Assembly (NCBI GenBank): GCA_965153455.1
Contig: OZ234494.1
Span: 12,028,001 to 12,092,000, forward strand
Reading direction: 5' to 3'
DNA length: 64,000 nucleotides
Source: Sphagnum compactum
Lineage: Eukaryota
Below, one piece after another: positions 1 through 11,107 of this stretch. The position numbers were made by a program, and so were the translations under genes. Numbering within the stretch: the stretch's first letter is position 1; each line of letters begins with the position of its first letter. The notes beneath the pieces were generated by a model that saw only the letters and a program-made list of their open reading frames with translations, had not been told where the DNA came from and did no database searches.

Positions 1-144
1 TAACCTCCATGACCTTCCATGCTGCTCTGGCAGGTTCCGGAATGATTTTTGTTACCCCCCATATAATTTGTGTAAACTAATATCCTCCATAAACTAATAT
101 CTTCCGATCGGTCCCAAGGATATTAGTTTAGAGAGAGTTAACTG
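1..144. mobile_element. Right end of a Tc1/mariner(pogo)-type MITE inserted at a TA inside the adjacent LTR
   Basis: Ends ...GAGAGAGTTAACTG followed by TA (145-146), the reverse complement of a TA-CAGTTAACTCTC-type TIR. It has an internal inverted repeat TAAACTAATATC/GATATTAGTTTA. Homology of the flank to the 60325-61227 LTR stops at this TA. The left end lies outside the window. Confidence 0.5.
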
Positions 145-645
145 TATAGTATTCTCTGCGTTCGCCTGCGGCACCCGCATCCAAATGGCTTTTCGTCCTG
201 GGACTCCCAAGGAGGAGTCGTGAAACTATCCTGGTTTGGACTCCTGGGACTTTGGAAGCTCATAGCTCCCAGCTCCGACTTCCGATTGAGATGAGGTCTA
301 AAGCAATCTTGTAACTCTCCTCGCGAGCTTTTCAACGGTGTGTCGCACTCCACCTGCACGCACCGGGGTCGGGTCGATTCCCGACTTTTAGTGGTCGGGC
401 AGTTTGACTCCCGGCCCTTCTTTTGACCATAACTTGTGCTGTAGATCTTCAAATGGCCTATGTGAGCCCATTTTCGACATCTACACTTCAAGACCTTTCC
501 ACCGGTATAAAGAACTTTTCAATGCAAGGTGTTTTGACCCCTATAATCAAGCTCTAAGTTTTCGGGAGTCCCCGAGGACTCCAAGTCCCCACTTTCGGGA
601 GTGTGAGTCTCATCCTCACACTTGCCTCAAAGTGGGGTTGCGACA
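145..645 (-). mobile_element. Partial LTR related to the solo LTR at 60325-61227, apparently inserted into the gag region of the Gypsy element
   Basis: The reverse complement begins TGTCGCAACCCC. It aligns by eye with about 60450-60930 (shared AAGTTATGGTCAAAA, GACCACTAAAAGTCGGGA, CCGTTGAAAAGCTC, TAGACCTCATCTCAATC). Strand is relative to that copy. Gag-like coding sequence resumes directly at 646 with no PBS. Confidence 0.75.
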
Positions 646-1125
646 GTCACAGAGGCCCAAGTTATCCAATTTTGGTATGGGATCCTAAAAAAAGATTTGA
701 GATGAGAGGTGTAAGACATAATTTTCACCTAGCTTACCTAACCCACGTTGGCACTGATTTTGTAGGTATTTAAATGCATTAAACTCAACATGGTGAAGGA
801 GAAGGTTGTTACCCTAGGGTTTAGTAGGGAAACCCTAAAACCTTCTCCTACTTCATTGACTCAACAATCACGTGGTTAGGCATCGAGGACTGCACCACAA
901 AAAGGCAAGGGGCCCAAACAGGAACCCCGTGGGGGTTCCCCATCCTACACTACTAAACATGGGGGAGAGGATAAGTGTTGGAGGTGTGGTGGGCCACGTC
1001 GGAAAAAGGATTATCCCATTCCTCCTTAGGTGACCACCTCTAACCCTAATCCCAACCAACTTTGTTCCCATTGCAAGGTGGATGTAAACCATTGCTTCAT
1101 GTTTCATCCAAAGTTATGGCAAGGT
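646..1125 (+). pseudogene. gag: Gag C-terminal part with degenerate CCHC zinc knuckle
   Basis: VTEAQVIQFWYGILKKDLR*EV*DIIFT*LT*PTLALIL, then QLCSHCKVDVNHCFMFHPKL at ~1057-1116, a knuckle-like motif with a small deletion. Confidence 0.55.
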
Positions 1126-2093
1126 CAGTTCTAGACATAAAATGTGAGGAAGTCTTTAGGTTTTAGCAGGGGCTAGAAAACGAATGGTGTGGCCAATAAA
1201 AGGCCGGCTACCAAATTAGTTCCAAACCAACCCAATGCCATGGAGGCACAGTTTGCACGTTTAGAGGCGTTGGTGACGAGTATGGCATCCAGCATGGCAA
1301 CATAGGTGAACTCATAGCACCTATGCCAAGTGATTATTCAGCTTAGGGTTTCGACCCTGGATTTTTTTGTGGGGTTGGATTTTCAAGGCCATTAAGTCCA
1401 GATGAGATCAAATCAGGTATTCCCGACGGTCATGTTTTAAGGGTAGCCAATGACAAAACCCTAGTCATGGTTTTGACAACCGCACCAATTATTAGGGGAA
1501 ATGTTAAAGTGCAGGAACCACAAGGTGTTGATGAGAGATTAAATCCTTAGCGTGGGGAGGCTCAACATTAAATTCGTATGCCACAATCCTTCATGTTGAT
1601 CGACACAGTCCACACTTCAATGGACACATCCAACCCCATGAGGGCATCGATTACAACCATTAGATTGTCTGGTTCCACTTCAACAACTTGGGCACCCAAT
1701 AGTGTGTGGGGGGCAACTAGGTTGGTGTGCCAAACACCATTGTTTCCCACTACGATGCTTGATTATCGACCAACTACAATATTTCTTATGGCAGCCACAA
1801 TATGTGATAGCATGGATACACCAGGGATGGTGGCTACACCTATCAAGGATTCCTCGGAAAGCTTATTCTGTCAACCACCAATTGGCCAAATATTTGTTGG
1901 CGACATACCTGTCGACCATTTATTTGTTGACCTACATGTGAGTGCATTTGTTGATGGATTACATGTTGGCCAGCCACCTGTTATGGTGGTGCCATCTTGG
2001 CATGTCGCAACAGCCAAATTCCAAGAGCTTCCAACACACCCACCCATTAATCAAGCAAGAGTTTTACCTAGTGTAGTGGTGGTACAGAATTAA

Positions 2094-2480
2094 GAAGGTG
2101 TTTTTCAAATGAAGGGGGATTCAGGACAATATTATCAACTCAAAAGGATATTACTGGATTGAAAAGCTCAACTTTTGATGTTGGGAAAAACAACATTGGA
2201 GGGTCTAAGGTTGACCAATGTTGATTTGGAGCCATGCATGTAGTAGGATTTTGACATGATGGGTGGGTCAGAAAGCTAAGGGGGATAACCAAACATGAGG
2301 TCGTCATTTAAGTTAATTTCATTAGACCTGCAGATTATATTAAGGTTTGTGCTAAGGTAGTGGTTATGTAGGCTACATCGTATGATGTGTTGGTTGGGGG
2401 GGGGGGGGGGCATTTTGTATCCCTTGGGAATCACCCTAGATTTTTGGGAAGAGATTGCTTATTATCAACCATGATGGCAA
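2094..2480 (+). pseudogene. Retropepsin-type aspartic protease domain
   Basis: KRILLD*KAQLLMLG is a decayed LLD(S/T)GA motif at ~2143-2185, in frame with ORF 1578-2093. The downstream SYDVLVGG motif lies at ~2378-2400. Confidence 0.7.
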
Positions 2481-2668
2481 ACATGAAATAGTCATAAGGC
2501 TTTTCTGTTAGTTACCTTCATTGGGGGGCTAACATTAGCCATACATTATATTCATCAGGCTTTGCACATTCTATCGTCACCAAGCCCATAGGTACTTGTA
2601 GATCTAGGCCATGGACCACTTGGTTTACGACCTTTGGATTCTAGGGTCATTCGGTGGCATGTCATGAG

Positions 2669-3630
2669 GATGGGATTTACATGGTAGAGCTTTTTGGAGG
2701 CATTAATTCTAGCCTTGTAGTAGTCCTTCAATTCGGCATTAAGCTTCATCGATACTACTATGTGGAAAAGGATCCTCAAGCCCGACAAGCCTCCATGCAC
2801 CATATTATGATGTTGCGACAACAACATCTTGAGTTGTTGCTTACATCAGCAATCTAGGGTTATTAACAGGCCTTACCAAACAACATCACATTGTTGAGGG
2901 CGCATGATTTGGACAAGATTGGACCAATGGACTTGGTCATATCAGGATGGCCGTGTCAGGGTTTATCATAGGCTAGCATAAGTTAGGGACTTTTAGACCC
3001 CAAATCAGGGTTATTTTGGGAGTTGATTTGGGTGCTGCAATATTTGCAGACCTCTTAACTACACTCATTTACATGTGTTGGAGACCCCAACTTTGGGGGA
3101 TTTTCGGCCAATTGTATTGGTAACATGGCAACAAATTAAGGCTTGGATCGAAGAGCCAATGCAAGTGGATGCTACAATACGTGGTTCATGTGCCCACCAC
3201 TTTCGATGGCTATGGACTAACCTAGCTCCACTAGAGGTACTTCAGAGTGCATATTAGTTCATTCCAAGGTCCCACATGCTTGGTGGATGACATTTTGGAT
3301 CTATGACGACATTCTTTTGTCGTTTAGCATGATGATCGTCTAACTTTGGTTATAATCAATAAGGTTGGCCTACCTTGGGTAACTTTACCTATTCTTTTGA
3401 GTTTTTTCCATTTTCACGCACTTCGAGATTGCAATCCAAACATGATTTGGGACGCCAACTCATCTAGGATGGAGGAGCCCAATGTTGATGAACGAGAGCG
3501 AGCTATGGGATTTCACACAAGCACCACAACTGTACAAAGACTTTCCGAAGGTACTCATAGATGGATATTAGGACAAGTTATGGACCTTATCTGTTTCACA
3601 TGGATCTTTACCCTTTGTTGGGCTGAGTAG
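2669..3630 (+). pseudogene. C5 cytosine DNA methyltransferase catalytic domain, DNMT3-like with unpermuted motif order, embedded in pol
   Basis: Motif I IYMVELFGGI (2675-2704); motif II RYYYVEKD; motif IV GPMDLVISGWPCQGLS (2921-2968, PC at 2951-2956); SGLFWELIWVL; decayed motif VI VLETP; motif VIII PMQVDATIRGSCAHHFRWLWTNL; motif IX ERERAMGF; motif X RWILGQVMDL. Confidence 0.93.
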
Positions 3631-3974
3631 GTCCAATTTGCACAATCTTTCTTGCCCACCCACCCTTCCTCTACTTTTGTTGCACCTACATCTAGGTTAG
3701 TTATGTTGGTGCAAGGGGGGGGGTCATCTTTAGCATTTATGGGTTCAAGGATTTATGGGTAATGGAAAAGAGGTTTTTGATGTGGGGGCGCCAGGGCATT
3801 TTGGTGTTATGCTACCTTTTGCATAATAATCATAGGTTTCACCTTCAACCTTGGGTGCTGGGGATGTTCCATCATCTCAGCCCAAGGTACAAGTGACCAC
3901 AGGGACATGGGGGCCAGATATTGGTCCCGCGGTTATAAGAGATGAGGTGTAAGAAGTACGATGGCTATTATAGG

Positions 3975-4700
3975 ACCATGTTTGTTGTTTTGCCTTTAGT
4001 TTGAAGGAATTGGGACAGTTGAAAGGACATGAAGTCTGAATTGTATTGGAGGATGATAATCCTATTTTCAAATGACCTTATAGGTTGAGTGAGATGGATA
4101 GGGCCTTGGTTTAGGCTTGAACAACAGAATTGTTGGATGCAGGTTTGGTGGAACTGTCGAGAATTGAATATGTTTCAGCCATAGTGATGCCACCCAAGAA
4201 GGATATTTTTGGCAATTGGATGGAGTAGCGCATGTGTGGGGATTATCGCCCAGTCAACAAGCACACGCGTTTGGACAAGTATGCCATGCCTTTATTGGAG
4301 GAGATCTTTGATGCCCTTGGTTAGGTCAAGGTTATCAGTACCTTGGACTTGAGGTATGGCTACCATCAATTGCAAGAAGGTGATAAGGTCAAGATGACAT
4401 TTTGGGGAATTGATCTTCATGGGAAGGATTGTCCGTATCAATAATGGTTTTTGCCATTTGGTTTGAAGATTGCCCTTGCAGAGTTTCAGAAAGTGATGGA
4501 TCGGGTGTTGGTAAAATTTAGTTTTTCCAAGTGCTACATTGATGACATTATTGCCTTTAACCCGACATCAGAGGATCACAAACATCATTTGTAAGAGGTA
4601 TTCGAAAGATTTAAGGATCATAACCTTAAGTTTCATCCATGCAAGTTGATTTTTCCAGACATAGGTAGAATACCCGATCGTATGATTTATTTAGGTGGAT
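3975..4700 (+). pseudogene. Ty3/Gypsy reverse transcriptase domain
   Basis: PYRLS...RMCGDYRPVNK...YAMPLLEEIFD...STLDLRYGYHQL...LPFGLK...FQKVMD...CYIDDII, with YIDD at 4535-4546 and many in-frame stops. Confidence 0.97.
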
Positions 4701-5215
4701 TAAGAGTATAAAAAGCCAAGGTTGAGGCCATTTCATAGGTGCCTTAATTGACTGATGTTAGCCGGTTACAAGCCTTTTAAGGATTGTGTAATTAGTACTA
4801 GAAATTTGTTAAAGGATTTAACAACATTGCTAAACCTTTAACTAGGTTGATGCAGATTGACCAGAAATATGTTTGGGGAAAGGAACAAGAGCACACATTT
4901 CAGGAGTTGAAGGCCTGGCTTTCCTCAGTCCCCAATTTAAGGTGACCCATTCAAAGACATCTTTTTCAGTTGCATATTGATTAAAGTACCTTAGGATTGG
5001 AAGCCGTGCTTACCAAACTGGATGATGATGGTCGGGTGCTATTTGTATGGTAGCCCATTTACCTTGCTTACCGATCATTAATCCCTAAAGTTTCCGATGG
5101 AATCAAATCAACTCACATGAAAGTTGGCCAAATGGGCATTTATCTTTCAAGAATATGATTTGAATATTGTTCATAAGGTTGGTAGGGTTAATTGGAATGC
5201 CGATGGGTTGAGTCA
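4700..5215 (+). pseudogene. RT connection and RNase H domain with an internal deletion
   Basis: FQLHID*STLGLEAVL, YLYGSPFTLLTDH*SLK and LAKWAFIFQEYDLNIVHKVGRVNWNADGLS. Confidence 0.9.
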
Positions 5216-5560
5216 GAACTCAAGTTCCAATGAGGAGGATCCCACAGGTGCCAGGTGGCATGGAAAGGTGGATTTGGAGGCAATACTAGGATGGCATGCC
5301 TCTGCATACCTATGTATTTTGTTGGGATATTTCAAATCAACTCACATGAAAGTTGGCCAAATGGGCATTTATCTTTCAAGAATATGATTTGAATATTGTT
5401 CATAAGGTTGGTAGGGTTAATTGGAATGCCGATGGGTTGAGTTAGAACTCAAGTTCCAATGAGGAGGATCCCACAGGTGCCAGGTGGCATGGAAAGGTGG
5501 ATTTGGAGGCAATACTAGGATGACATGCCTCTGCATACCTATGTATTTTGTTGGGATATT
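5103..5560 (+). repeat. 229-bp tandem duplication (5103-5331 / 5332-5560)
   Basis: Two adjacent near-identical copies; by eye they differ only by a C/T and a G/A transition. Confidence 0.95.
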
Positions 5561-5799
5561 TTGGGGATGTATCCCAAGACAACATGAGTAGTGGGAATTC
5601 CCACAATGACGATGATGAGCCAGAAGGCAATGGTGCCCTAGACATCCATTTAAATTTACTTGTTATGGCCTATCTACAAGCATGAAAAATTTCAGTGGGA
5701 TACCCAAGGAGTGAGATCAAATTGTCCATAGGGCAAAACGGTTCCAATGGGAATGTAATTCCTTATTATGTGTGTGGATAGATGGGTGAGTATGTGTAA

Positions 5800-6860
5800 T
5801 ACCATGCTTAGAATAGCATGAAGGCCTTGTACGACATGCTCATGAAGAATTGGGCCATTTTGGGGTTTGATGGACCTATAGTTTACTTAGGTAATATTGG
5901 TGGTGTGGGATGCAACTATAGGTTCAACAATTTGTTTCTCGGTGTATGGTGTGTGATCAAGTACGTGCATCATTCAACACACCAACACCCCAACTACAAC
6001 CCTTACCAATTATGGGGCTAGGTTATCAATGGAGCTTGGATTTTGCCGGCCCATTGAGTTTGATGCCTCGACATAATCGATATGTTTTGGTTATAATTAA
6101 GCACTTCTCTAAGTGGTTAGAGTTGGTGCCATTGCCAAAACACAATAGTGAGGGAACTACATATGCATTTCTGGACAAAATGTTCCAGTTGAGGTTTTCA
6201 TTGATCAAGGTACAAAATTCTGAAGGGGTTTCCAAGATTTGTGTGAAAAGGCATTAATAGATCATCAAACTACTTCATGATATCATCCTAAAGCAAATGG
6301 GTTGGCCAAACAAATGGTGTAGATAGTGAAGCGAAAATTGCGGAAGTATGCCCTTTATAAATGCCACATTCAAGATTGGGACTTGTAGTTACCATGGTTG
6401 GCCATAGGATATAAGTTTAATTTGTAGGCCTCATTGGCATTTTTTTCATCGTATTTTTTGTTATTCAGTCGGGATCTTGAGCTACCAGCTTCTATTCAAC
6501 ATGATGTTATGATTGTGATTAGTTTCGATGACCTTTTAGTGTGGATTTAGGCATATGGGTAGCGGGTTGCTTTGTTCAAGTGTGTGATGCATATGGCTAT
6601 GGAGAATCTAACAATTGTTTAGCACCAAGATACTCTTCGATACGCCATGATTTGTGGAAGAGGTTATCGACCTTGAGTTTGTAGGTTTGAGCCAAGGGAT
6701 TATGTTTATTAGTAGTAAATAACACCTACCACATTGGATGTGACTGCAGGTCGTGTGATTTTATGTGTTCGGAAGGTTTTACCTTTCGAAGTATTGTTGT
6801 TGGAAGGACGAGATGGTTAGACATAGAAAGACCATGTGCATAATTGTGTGCCATGTCATC
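5800..6860 (+). pseudogene. Integrase (HHCC zinc finger, DDE core, C-terminal region)
   Basis: HAHEELGHFG...YWW...CMVCDQ; WSLDFAGPL (D at 6039); IDQGTKF; YHPKANGLAKQMV, where the expected catalytic E reads K. Confidence 0.93.
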
Positions 6861-6919
6861 TTCTTAATGTGAATGGCTAGATTGACCCATCATTGGTTGT
6901 TATACTTGTTGGTTTACAA

Positions 6920-7063
6920 TGTATGATGTGTGGGCAATCCACAAGAATTGCCATTATGTTGGTTTGTGACCAGTGTTCAAAAGGATGGCACATGGCATGT
7001 TTGACACCGCCTTTCGACTAGGTATTGGTTGGCAAATGGTTTTGCTCTCGGTGCATCCAATAG
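6920..7063 (+). pseudogene. PHD finger (C4HC3) at the polyprotein C-terminus
   Basis: CMMCGQSTRIAIMLVCDQCSKGWHMACLTPPFD*VLVGKWFCSRCIQ* retains all eight Zn ligands and the conserved W-x-C. One internal TAG probably derives from CAG. Confidence 0.9.
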
Positions 7064-10000
7064 ATGTGGTTCCCATAATTACATAATAAAAGTAGTTAAA
7101 TTTTTTTCCCTAGGATGTTTCACCTTTGGCTAAGTATTTGAAAGATTCCATATAAGCGGTTAATGATGGGGCTCACATTTGCACCTAGCTTAATGATCCT
7201 TTTATCTTGTAACTAAAGGGTTCACCTTGGTGGATTGTTGGCGGTAGTTGTATAATGTTATCTACTTCAAGGGATTTCAATGTCAAATAGGGTTTAAATG
7301 TGGTGTACCAATTAGGGTATTTTTTATTATGTGTGATGAGTATGGTGACAACAATAGTTGTAGGTGTCGACCTTGGAGTGCACAATAGACGTGGCAAAAA
7401 TATTCCATGGCTTGTCAAAAAAAATTCTACCATGACATGGAATATTTTGTCACGTCACAAAATATTCCACCATGTCTAAATAATTTCCACGTGGCAAATG
7501 AATATATTTAAAATATTCCATGACATGGCATGGAATATTTTTAAAGATGTTCTTTCTTGCTCACTTAAAGCGAGCCCTATTCATGTTTGCTTGCTCACCC
7601 ACTTGCTTGCTAATGTCGTTGCACATAGTAGTTATCACTATTGTTTTCTTAATCTTGATGATCCTATGGTCCTATTTGTTGTCATGGTTTTTTGGTTGTT
7701 ATATTTAATAGTTGCCACCATGACACTTTTAATTTTGATGATATTTTATTTTGGGGGTTTGTGAAAGGGTGATGTGGAAAGCATATTTGAAGGCTGAATT
7801 CAAATATGGCAAGACACATGTTTCAAAGTTGGCATACAAATGCATGAGACATGAAAACATGAAACCCATTGGCCTAAGAAAATTGGTATTGATCCATTAT
7901 AAACTATTAATATAGTTTTAGAGCTTAAAAGTATATTAATTTCACTTAATTTGGCCTTGTGAAAACTTATAACATTTTTTTCATTGTTTTTTATGATGTT
8001 TGGCATCATAGAACCTAATCAAGAAGTTACTTGGAACCTATTCTAACATACCTTAAAATTGGGAATAAGCTTGATTTGAAAATTAAAAAAGAACCCAAAC
8101 CAAACTTCACATTAAAAAATTGAATTTAGAAATAAGTCCCAATTTTATATAAAAAAGGAACCTAATTGAAACCAAAACTGACCCCATAATGTTATTTGAA
8201 ATTGAGACTAAAGGTTCTTCTTAAAACCTAAGAACCACACAATAATGGTAAAGAATAGTCGATTCCAATTAATAAAAACCCAATCCAAATTCGGTTTAAA
8301 TTTTAGAATTGGAATTAAAATGAATTTTTATTTTTTAAGAACCAAACTTAGAATTGATTCTTGATTTTATTTATTTGTCAAAATGAACCAATATCAATAG
8401 AAGTGATTAGAATTGAGAATTAATTGGTATTCAACCACAAGTTGTGGTTTGGGTTAATAAAAAATAATTTCAAATCAAAATTGATTTTCAAAATCGAAAT
8501 TATATATATATAAATTGAACCCAAAATTGGATGCCAACTCCACTTATGCTTGGAACCTGCATAATTCTAATTTAATTTTCAAAATCATTTTTTCTTAAAA
8601 ATAGAAAACCACCAAAAGTTAGTTTTTTGTATATCCTAGAGTCATTAGTTGTTAATGTAACTTATGACATTGGCCCAAGAGTGAATTGGTTACCCAACTA
8701 ATTTTTCCTTTCAAACTTTTTCTTGGCAATTTAATTAAATTTCAATGACAAAGATACTCAAAATTCAATATTTCTTACACCTTAGGCAAAATATTTCAAA
8801 TCATGTTCATTAAATCCCACTTTCGGGCGAACTTTCCAACGAGGTGGAAAGCATGCCCAAACTCCTTTATAACCTTTAATTTAGATATAAATGACTTTTC
8901 AATGTTCAATATTCAATAACTTCTTCATCGTAGGTTGAAACATTATGAAATCAACTCAATGCACCCCTATTCGACGAGAGATTTCCAACAATACCAAGAG
9001 TGCACAAGAGGTGATGTGGTTTGAGACATCCACCAATACCAAGAAATGCAACAAGAGGTGTTGCGGTTTTGGAGGTCTGGACAATACAAACAAACAAACA
9101 ACCTTCCTTGATAGATTATGCTTGCTTGTTACAAAGGGCCACCAGGATTTGAAATTTTTTTCCTAAAAAAACTAGGCCAAGCACATAGCACACCTTCTAC
9201 AGTTTACTTACTCAAACCTAGCACCCATTTTTTTCCCACAAGTAAGGTTAGGGGAGGCCAACAAAATGGCTATTTATTTGAGAATAAAATGGCTTTTTGG
9301 CAAAAACAACTTTCTTAAAATGGACAGTGAGCAGGGGGTAGGTATCCATAAGCCGTCTTTTGATTGTGGCCGTCCAAAATCCAAGATTAAAAAAAAAGCC
9401 TTAGAAGAGATCTACGGTTGGGAACTCCTCTCATCAAAGCCCAACCGTCTCCCACGAGGGGACAGCATCAAGTTCCAAGCGTCGTTGGATGGATCATGGG
9501 ATCCGATCGTACGGACCAGAGGAATATCTGGTTATCCCTTTTGTCTCCCCGAAGTTGGCAATCATTGGTGGTACGACACGTGGCGTAGTGATGACCCAAT
9601 CTCTTCTCTCTGACTAGACCGCCCTTTCTCTCAAAACCGACCTTTTTGGGAGTTTTAAGACTTCACTCTTACTGGCCTTTTGGCACCTTTTATCTCCACG
9701 TGTTAAATGCACACTTTTGTGGTCAGATATGAAAGTGCAACCTATCCAGCCTGTGTTTTTACTGGCTATATATATATATCCAAAAAGCGAAATTAAAAAT
9801 TAAAAGTTCTAAACTCCAGTGCTTTAAAAAAAATTCTATAGTCCTAATCATGCCAAAAAAATTATTTTTTTTGTTGGATTTTCATAAATGGTTCAAATAA
9901 GTAGCCAAAATAAAATAAAAGGATGTTTAATTTTTTAAGTTTCATATTTTGCTTGTAGTCAAATTTGGCTAAATCGTGCAATGGATGATCACCACTTTGG

Positions 10001-10652
10001 CTACATCACAAAATTGACAAAAGAAGACAATTGAACCTATCCAAAGCCTGATGAGGAAAAGTAGGCCTTGGGTGAACTAGTGACTATAATTTTTACCATG
10101 GTGAAAACCAATGTTGTGTGTGTAAATGTAAAATATCATGTGTAATAACCATGTAAGTGTAAATCATTCACATTTCACACTCAAGTTTTTACATTTTTTA
10201 TTGTTATTGTTATATTTTGTCAACTACACTTACATGGCAATATTGTATATTTTTTGAAAGGCAATTGCATGATCCCAATATAATTTGTGATTTTATTTTC
10301 TTGGATTTAAAAAAAAATTTGGAGTATAAGAACCTTTTTGTTTTGGTTAAAACTTTTTTTGTTCTTGGGAAACAATGAACCTCCAATCTAACAAATGTTC
10401 ATATTGATCAAATATAATGATTGGTTTCGGTGGTTTTATTTAATTAATATTAAGCTTGTAATTGTTTTAAATCTCATGTTTATGAATGAGGCTTAAAAAA
10501 CAATATGTAATCCAAAAATATTGTTGGAGGCCCAAATACCAAGTATGTATGGGTGGAGCTACTTTAAGAAACATGACAATATATTGAAGAACCAGATGAA
10601 AATTGTCAATTATTTTGTTATAGTTTTCAGATGACCCATAATTGTTTTTGAC

Positions 10653-11107
10653 CAATGTTGTGTAGGTATACTATTTTTGATATATCCTAAAGCAAGGGTA
10701 TATTAGGATTCATTTTTTTCCATCATATAAAGTTTTTGATATAAATATTATAATTTTTAGTAGATGGGTAGGGTGTGGGTAATCACCATCATATACCCAA
10801 GGTTGGGGTAAGAAAATAGGTATGTATTCTAAATTTATTTAGTAAAAATAAAAAATGTTCATATTTTGAAGTTATTAATATAGTTTCCAAATTAATGGAA
10901 TTCAATTTTTTTTTACCCTAGTTGTATGGGCATATTTTATATATACCCAATGGTATCAATAGGATACGATTTTTTCAGATGTATATATTTTGGGTATGCA
11001 TTTCATTATGATACATTAGTTTTAAGGAAATAGATTAAGATAAAATATATACCCTACCCATACTTGACAAGTATATATGGGTAAAAGAATATACTCACAC
11101 AACATTG
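10653..11107. mobile_element. hAT-type MITE (455 bp)
   Basis: TIRs CAATGTTGTGT...(C)ACACAACATTG with flanking 8-mers TTTTTGAC/GTTTTGAC (7/8 TSD). Related CAATGTTG termini occur at 10109, 11116 and 13111. Confidence 0.65.

Larger units (their letters stand above)
646..7063 (+). mobile_element. Degenerate Ty3/Gypsy LTR retrotransposon internal region: gag-PR-DNMT3-like MTase-RT-RNaseH-INT-PHD
   Basis: Manual translation through stops and frameshifts gives collinear domains on one strand in Gypsy order (RT-RH-INT). Its own LTRs, PBS and PPT were not identified. Confidence 0.93.

Noticed and set aside
145-645. 5' LTR of the DNMT-Gypsy element
   Set aside because: No PBS or leader follows, mid-gag sequence abuts it directly, and no matching copy lies after 7063.
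2669-3630. Host DNMT3/DRM gene or bacterial contamination
   Set aside because: It is intronless, lacks host N-terminal domains, sits between PR and RT on the same strand, and shares their decay pattern.
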